A stretch of 63,991 nt of DNA, the filler included, from Asterionella formosa (taxonomy: Eukaryota): NCBI GenBank assembly GCA_002256025.1. It is 5 parts of 5 records of this genome, joined end to end, with 100 filler letters (N's around TTAATTAATTAA, not from the genome) between each part and the next. Parts side by side here need not be neighbours in the genome. Positions count along the whole stretch, not along the records: positions 51,553 to 63,991 come from NKIB01007524.1; 4 more parts are not named here. One strand, written 5' to 3'. Positions within the stretch are counted from its first letter, which is position 1. Each line of letters opens with the position of its first letter. A program made the position numbers and the translations under genes. Positions 58,484-63,991 of the stretch are shown here, one piece after another. Under the pieces are notes generated by a model that ran no database searches, was not told the DNA's origin, and saw nothing but the letters and a program-made list of their open reading frames with translations.

Positions 58484-58564
58484 TGTGCTACATATAGCTA
58501 CTTGAGCTTATCAAGCCCTAGAAGGGCTTGGCTACATAGGGAGGACACCAAGAGCGAATTGTCC
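58484..58564 (-). mobile_element. Short structured repeat, probable non-LTR retrotransposon 3' end (copy B)
   Basis: Homologous to 5747-5819. Hairpin CAAGCCCT-AGA-AGGGCTTG at 58512-58530. Confidence 0.5.
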
Positions 58565-58599
58565 TGCCTTTTATCTACTACCCCAAACAGTATTCTATG

Positions 58600-60140
58600 C
58601 CTAAAACATATGGACCACTATTATGTCATCAGTAATTAGAAATCTTGATGGACTGAGCGATCCATTGAATGCATTGTTGCTCAATCATAGTGAAAAAAGA
58701 GTTGCGTTACTGAGTCCAGGCCATATTGTTGCTGGCACTGTACCTGTGAAAGTATTGTTAGACAAATCTAGAATATCGAGACTTGTCAAGAGTCCAATCT
58801 CTGTGGGAAGTCTGCCGTTGAAAGTATTGAAGTACAAATATAGATCAGTGAGACTTGTCAAGAGTCCAATCTCTATGGAAAGTTTTGCCAGTGAATGTAT
58901 TGTTAGAAAAATCTAAGAAATGATAGAGACAAATCATACCACTCTCCAGTTCATAGAGCCGGAGCACGTAGGCATCCAAGTAGCAGAACACACACAATCA
59001 GGGCAGGTCCAATGGTCACACACAGATAAAACACAACTTATCAACCCAGAAAACACACCACAAAAGATAACAAAGCATTTCTCAACAAAACTCAGAAAAG
59101 CGCAAGACAACGAGCCAAAGGGTACAATCAAAGATACAGGCAACAACAAGAAATCCAGACATAGAGTCTCAAATCACATGGGGAGACAAACACATAGCCA
59201 TAGAGGACAGAACCTTCAGATTCTACTTCCAAAGCATCAAGGGGCTACATCTCCAGAGGAAAAAAGTATTGTTAACAAATATGGGTCAGTAAAAATTGTC
59301 AAGAGTCCAATCTTGTCTACATATTTTATCAAACCCTAACAGCATTCTGTGCATAACACATATGGACCACTATTATGTCATCAGTAATTAGAAATCTTGA
59401 GGGACTGATCCATTGAATGCATTGTTGCTCAATCGTAGTGAATAAAGAGTTGCATTACTGAGTCCAGGCCATATTGTTGCTGGCACTGTACATGTGAAAG
59501 TATTGTTAGACAAATCTAGAATATCGAGACTTGTCAAGAGTCGAACCTCTGTGGGAAGTGTGCCAGTGAAAGTATTGTCATACAAATATAGATAATTGAA
59601 ACTTGTCAAGAGTCCAATCTCTGTGGGAAGTGTACCTGTGAAAGTATTGGAGGACAAACCTAGATAGTTGAGACTTGTCAAGAGTCCAATCTCTGTGGGA
59701 AGTGTGCCAGTGAAAGTATTGATTGACAAATCTAGATAATTGAGACTTGTCAAGTTCCAAATCTCTGTTGGAAGTGTTCCAGTGAATTTTTTTGTTGGAA
59801 AAAGATAGAGGAAAGTGATTTGCCAAGACAAAACTCGTTGGGGAGTTTACCAGTTAACCGATTAGGACCCAATGATGAGAAGGTTAAGCTTGAAAAGAGT
59901 TCTAGCTCAGTTGGACTTTTCCAGTCAGATCGTTTCCATTTCGAATTTGATGATCTCCATGTCCAAAGTTTAAATGTCCTGTAGTCATTAACTGTGTGAA
60001 AAGTCAATGATTTGCTGGATTCTTTTGCCACCATTATTACCCTTCAATGTTTTTATTTATTTACGTAGTTCTGTCAACTGAGGCCAATTTGAACTGATAT
60101 CTCCAGACAATAAAACATTGTCACCAAAGTCCAATGCAGC
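58600..60140 (-). pseudogene. Fragmented plant-type (PS-LRR, 24-aa) receptor-like LRR gene with duplicated 3' end
   Basis: Repeats of FTGTLPTEIGLLTSLNYLxLxxN. 58570-58916 duplicates about 59325-59650. Contains frameshifts and an insertion at 58918-59255. Confidence 0.85.
58918..59255 (+). mobile_element. LINE fragment (ORF1 end / start of AP-endonuclease) inserted among LRR repeats
   Basis: TWGDKHIAIEDRTFRFYFQSIKGL at about 59176-59250 matches the WGD...R.YFQN..G start of APE domains. Confidence 0.55.
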
Positions 60141-60393
60141 TGGGACGGAACAAAAAATTAAAAATTCAAGTTGTAATTACTCACACTGATACATATTGAA
60201 TAATGTTTATCACATAGCTATGATACATTGATCATAGAACTTTGATGATTTAATAAAATGTTTATGATACATTTCAAATCAAAATATGATCATGTGAAAA
60301 TAATACAATGATATTAAAATACGATAAAATATGTACACAAGTGTTATCAACAATACATCATAGAAAAAGATTGATTAATCATAAGTATATTAG

Positions 60394-62230
60394 CTAATAG
60401 TGATTGCAGTTTTGGAAGACAACTCGGAGAGTCATTGGGGAAGGATCAGTGAGAGGGTGGCCCCAGAACGCGTTGGGAAGCACTTTGGAGCGGAGGATGT
60501 CGAAGTCCGTTGTGATTTGGAAGTGGGAAGAGAAAAGTTTTTGTCGTGTTGTGCGATGTGGTGGCTCCATCTGACCCTGGCAAGGGGCAGAATTGCCAAG
60601 CGAACTAATTGAGCCCATCGTCTACCCCATCAATCATTGGAGTGGGGTGAAACAACTCTTGGGGGGAAATTGTGGGGGAGTGGATATGTTGAAGATCTAG
60701 TTGCTTCTTGATGGCGTTAGAGATGGCAGTTCCAAAATCGGGAGAAGAGAGAGTGGAGACTACCTGGGGCGCAATAAGATGAGACAGTTGGGGGAGGAGG
60801 TCAGTGGTGAAGGCATTGTTCAGATTTGAGGTCACTTTAGCCAGAATATCTGCTTTGTTTGGAGTGGAGGCAGATAGCTCGAGTGCAAATGCACTTAATT
60901 TGGAGTCCATGAGGTCGGAGACTGTAACAGTATCCAATGGGGAGGTACATATGAATTCAGAGCAAAGGTATTGAGCCTGGAAGATAGGTCATCGACTTGG
61001 GTTTTGAGAAGGGCGATATTGGAGGTCAATTGAAGGAGATGTGGTGCATCGGAGGAGATGGGAGTGGATAGTGTAGTCCCAGATACTGAGGGAGGACCTG
61101 AGTTCCATGGTGAGGATGGGAGCTGGGAATGTGTAGAGGACTGAAATGTGGTGGAACGAGATCGATTATTGGTACCACGGCTGCCTCTACTGGATTTGGA
61201 AGTGGGGCAAGATCGAAGAGAGTTTGTTATTGGAGCCGGGAGATTGCGCAAACTGAGTTGGCCGAAAGGAGAGTAGCAAAGGAGGGAATCGAGCTCAGTG
61301 GTGGAGCTAGAGACTAATTCATCTAGAGTAACTGTGACTGTGTGTAAACCAGGGTCATGCCATACATCGGCAGAGGTAAGGGCTGGATAATTTTGAAGTA
61401 GGGTGGGATAGAGAGTTTCAACCAATGATTCTACATAGCTTTTGTTCGCAAAGTGTGAACAAAAGTAGACTACTACTGACGGATCGAATTTGTCAGTTTC
61501 TATACTTCTGATTAGGTAGTTCTGACCGGGAGAGGGTTCTGGGAGACTGAGTAGTGCGTTCCCAAGAGTATCAAATTAGTCTAAAAGAACATGATCAAGG
61601 GAGAGCAGACTGCTAATGCGAACAGTGTCTTTGGCAGTCTGAACAGCGTCTTCCGCAGTCTGTAATTATTGTTGCCCTTGGAGTTTGTGGGCATAAGCAT
61701 AGTCAGTGAGGCCGATACAGGTGGGAGACAGAGATACCATAGTGCTTTTGCATGGATAGCGGGATGGGAAACAGTTCTGTTCCTTTGGGGAGATGATTTC
61801 CTGAAGGAGGCGGCGTACTTGGACTTGAAAAGGAGGAGAGGATGCGACAACAATGGCGGATGCTGATATAGTAGGATATTGCCCTGGGCCATGGAGCTTT
61901 CGCCAAAAACATATGATTGGGAGTTCCTCTCCTAAAATTTTCTAAGGAGAGAGCCTTAAGTTGAGCCTAGAGGACAGAGAGATTCATCCTGGCTGATGAA
62001 TACAAGAACCAGCCACGATCAGTGGGGAGGTCACCGTTGAATTGGTCTAACCGTAAAATCCAAGTGGGATGAGCGAGACAGAGTGATTGAGTTGAGAAGA
62101 ATGGATGCAGACTTGCATGTGCAAAGGTGAATCCGGCCTTTTACTATAGTTGAAACAGACAAGTCAAATGAATCTTGTTTGTGTCTCCAAATTAGTCCAG
62201 TCATGACCTTTTTGGGTCTAGTCATGAACA
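60394..62230 (-). mobile_element. Degenerate non-LTR retrotransposon (LINE): ORF1-like region plus AP-endonuclease start
   Basis: S/P/T-rich ORFs with a coiled-coil (IALLKTQVDDLSSRL), followed by FWGHPLTDPSPMTLRVVFQNCN. Truncated at 60394. Confidence 0.65.
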
Positions 62231-63036
62231 TGAATCAATCTTTACTCATACATGAATCAATCTTTGAGTCTTGTCATGAACATGAGTTGATTTACTCATA
62301 CATCTAAGACGCTGTTTACGGCACTTTTTCAAATCATGTCTAAAGTGACGTATTTATGCTACTTTTCAAAAATTCCCTTGATATCGACTGCCAAAGAACA
62401 AACAGCACAAGCAGTTGTTGGCGCCGATATCCGCATCCACTAATTCCGTTGGTACAATCAATCATTCTCATTTGATGAATAACTATTTTAACAATTTTTT
62501 GCTTCAACTAATCATGTTATTGTTATAGTCGTTCATTGCTCAGCAACTGCAAAAATGTCAAATCTGTTCGCAACAGCGTCGTTTTGATTTGAGCAGCTAT
62601 AGATTATGTAGAAAAATTGTGCCATCGGCGATTGTAGTTTTCGCTGTCAATATCAATGCCATTGCAACTATTCTCTTACGGTTGTATTGCATTTGTTGTG
62701 ATTGATATATGTTCCTAACAGGAAAGCGTCGTTCTCAATTTTCGTAGAGATTTCCGCTATTTTCGTCATTGTCAAGGTTGAGACGACATGATGCAGGATG
62801 CTCCAGATGATCAAAACAACTACACTGTAGAATTTTGTATAGTCAAAAGAATCGCAGTATCTCAGCTAAATAATAATTCACCTTGTAGCGATTGCGAGGG
62901 CTACCCTCCATTACCTGGTACCAGGTAACAGGTGAGCAATCCTGCACATCGATACAGATGTATATAGAGTTAGGGTTATATCAAATATATCGGAATTCAA
63001 TAATGAGAGAACTCGACTAACACCCATTCTATACTT

Positions 63037-63991
63037 TGATGTCAGTAGTTAAATACCAACTTATACCTCTCTGCCCATCGTGGATACTCCACCTACTACT
63101 AACTTTCTGTCTCTTAACAGCCCTGCCAAGACTGTTGTTTCTCCTCTATTACTATTTTCTTGTCCCACAACAGTCCTGTCCATCATGGGTACTCCGCCCC
63201 CTATTAACAAGTTCCGGTCCCACAACAGTCATGTCCATCGTGGTAACTCCACTATTAATAATTTCCTGTCTCTCCAACTTGACTGTTGTCAACTGGCGAC
63301 AACTCCTAGCTTGTTCTACTTTTATCATTTAACATTTAGCTCACTTTATTCCGAAACATAGAGTCTACAAGCCTTCATTTAAGTTACTATTCTTCAATTA
63401 TCTACAGTTTCCATAACACTTTCAAGTGGTTATTGAGCCCAAACCTTCCAACATCATATTTCTTTTATTCCTCTCTTTTATTTTAATTTTATCGGTAGTC
63501 TTCTTTGACTAGCCCTTCCTTTCTTTCTAATTGCTTCCTTCTCTCATTTACTTTACTTCCATTCTTGGTGGTCTTCTTCGACTGGCCCTTTCATTCTTTC
63601 TGAATACTTCCTTCTTTCATTTACATTACTTCCATCGGTAGTCTTCTTCAACTAGCCCTTTCTTTCTTTCTTTCCTTCTGAATACTTCCTTTTTTTTCTT
63701 CTGTTACAATGGCTACCAAGTTTGGACATGTTGATCGCCTAGGTTCTGGTTACTCTGGTGGAACCCTTAACAATGACTTTTCTGTCGCCCGCCGCCCTCA
63801 GTGGTCGCCTTATCAAGCTCGGCTTGGTGATGCTACGGAACGACGCAGTCTGTTTGAATACTGCAATAAAGAACCTAAACGGCTCTACCGGGGACCCAAT
63901 GCTAATGATCCCCTCAAGGACTACACTCTCAGTGGACTCTGTCAAGCTCTTCTCCTTGCTGCTCAAAACTGTGGAGTTGACACTTTCTTCC
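63037..63991 (+). mobile_element. 5' end of a Ty1/copia element: LTR ~63037-63424, PBS 63428-63440, gag from 63709
   Basis: TGA...TCA-bounded segment; GGTTATTGAGCCC just downstream; pyrimidine-rich leader with three GGT(A/G)GTCTTCTT copies; then an ORF open to the window end. Confidence 0.7.
63709..63991 (+). CDS. Copia gag N-terminus (partial, runs off the window)
   Basis: MATKFGHVDRLGSGYSGGTLNNDFSVARRPQWSPYQAR...AQNCGVDTFF with no stop. Absent from the ORF track because it is unterminated. Confidence 0.6.
   Translation, partial: MATKFGHVDRLGSGYSGGTLNNDFSVARRPQWSPYQARLGDATERRSLFEYCNKEPKRLYRGPNANDPLKDYTLSGLCQALLLAAQNCGVDTFF

Overview
Eukaryotic nuclear DNA, most likely a diatom: AT-rich, short GT-AG introns, diatom-type copia/gypsy/LINE remnants, an SLC4 transporter with a likely plastid-targeting leader, and a diatom-type 'HDWDRKMGLKRSHSKTM' protein. 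It is not one locus. Four identical 100-nt linkers (N44-TTAATTAATTAA-N44) join five scaffolds sorted by length: 1-12796, 12897-25689, 25790-38578, 38679-51452 and 51553-end. Adjacency across these linkers has no biological meaning. Host genes are an LRR+ARM gene (premature stop, 3'-truncated), a SEL1-repeat membrane protein fragment, a CDIN1-like C-terminus, three sulfotransferase-fold genes, a NELF-B/COBRA1-like protein fused to a bromodomain, a 4-exon SLC4, a two-ring AAA ATPase, a glycosyltransferase-like gene, hypotheticals and decayed plant-type LRR fragments. The rest is largely transposon debris (copia, gypsy, LINE, a possible YR retrotransposon, Kolobok-like, PIF/Harbinger, MITEs) plus a ~185-bp satellite. 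Best leads: the NELF-B-bromodomain fusion; a strongly over-represented TA-CC(N)GG-TA palindrome family that resembles insertion/excision scars; a covarying hairpin element shared by two scaffolds; and a TG..CA-bounded element carrying Pol III A/B boxes. All family calls come from motif recognition by eye, without database searches.
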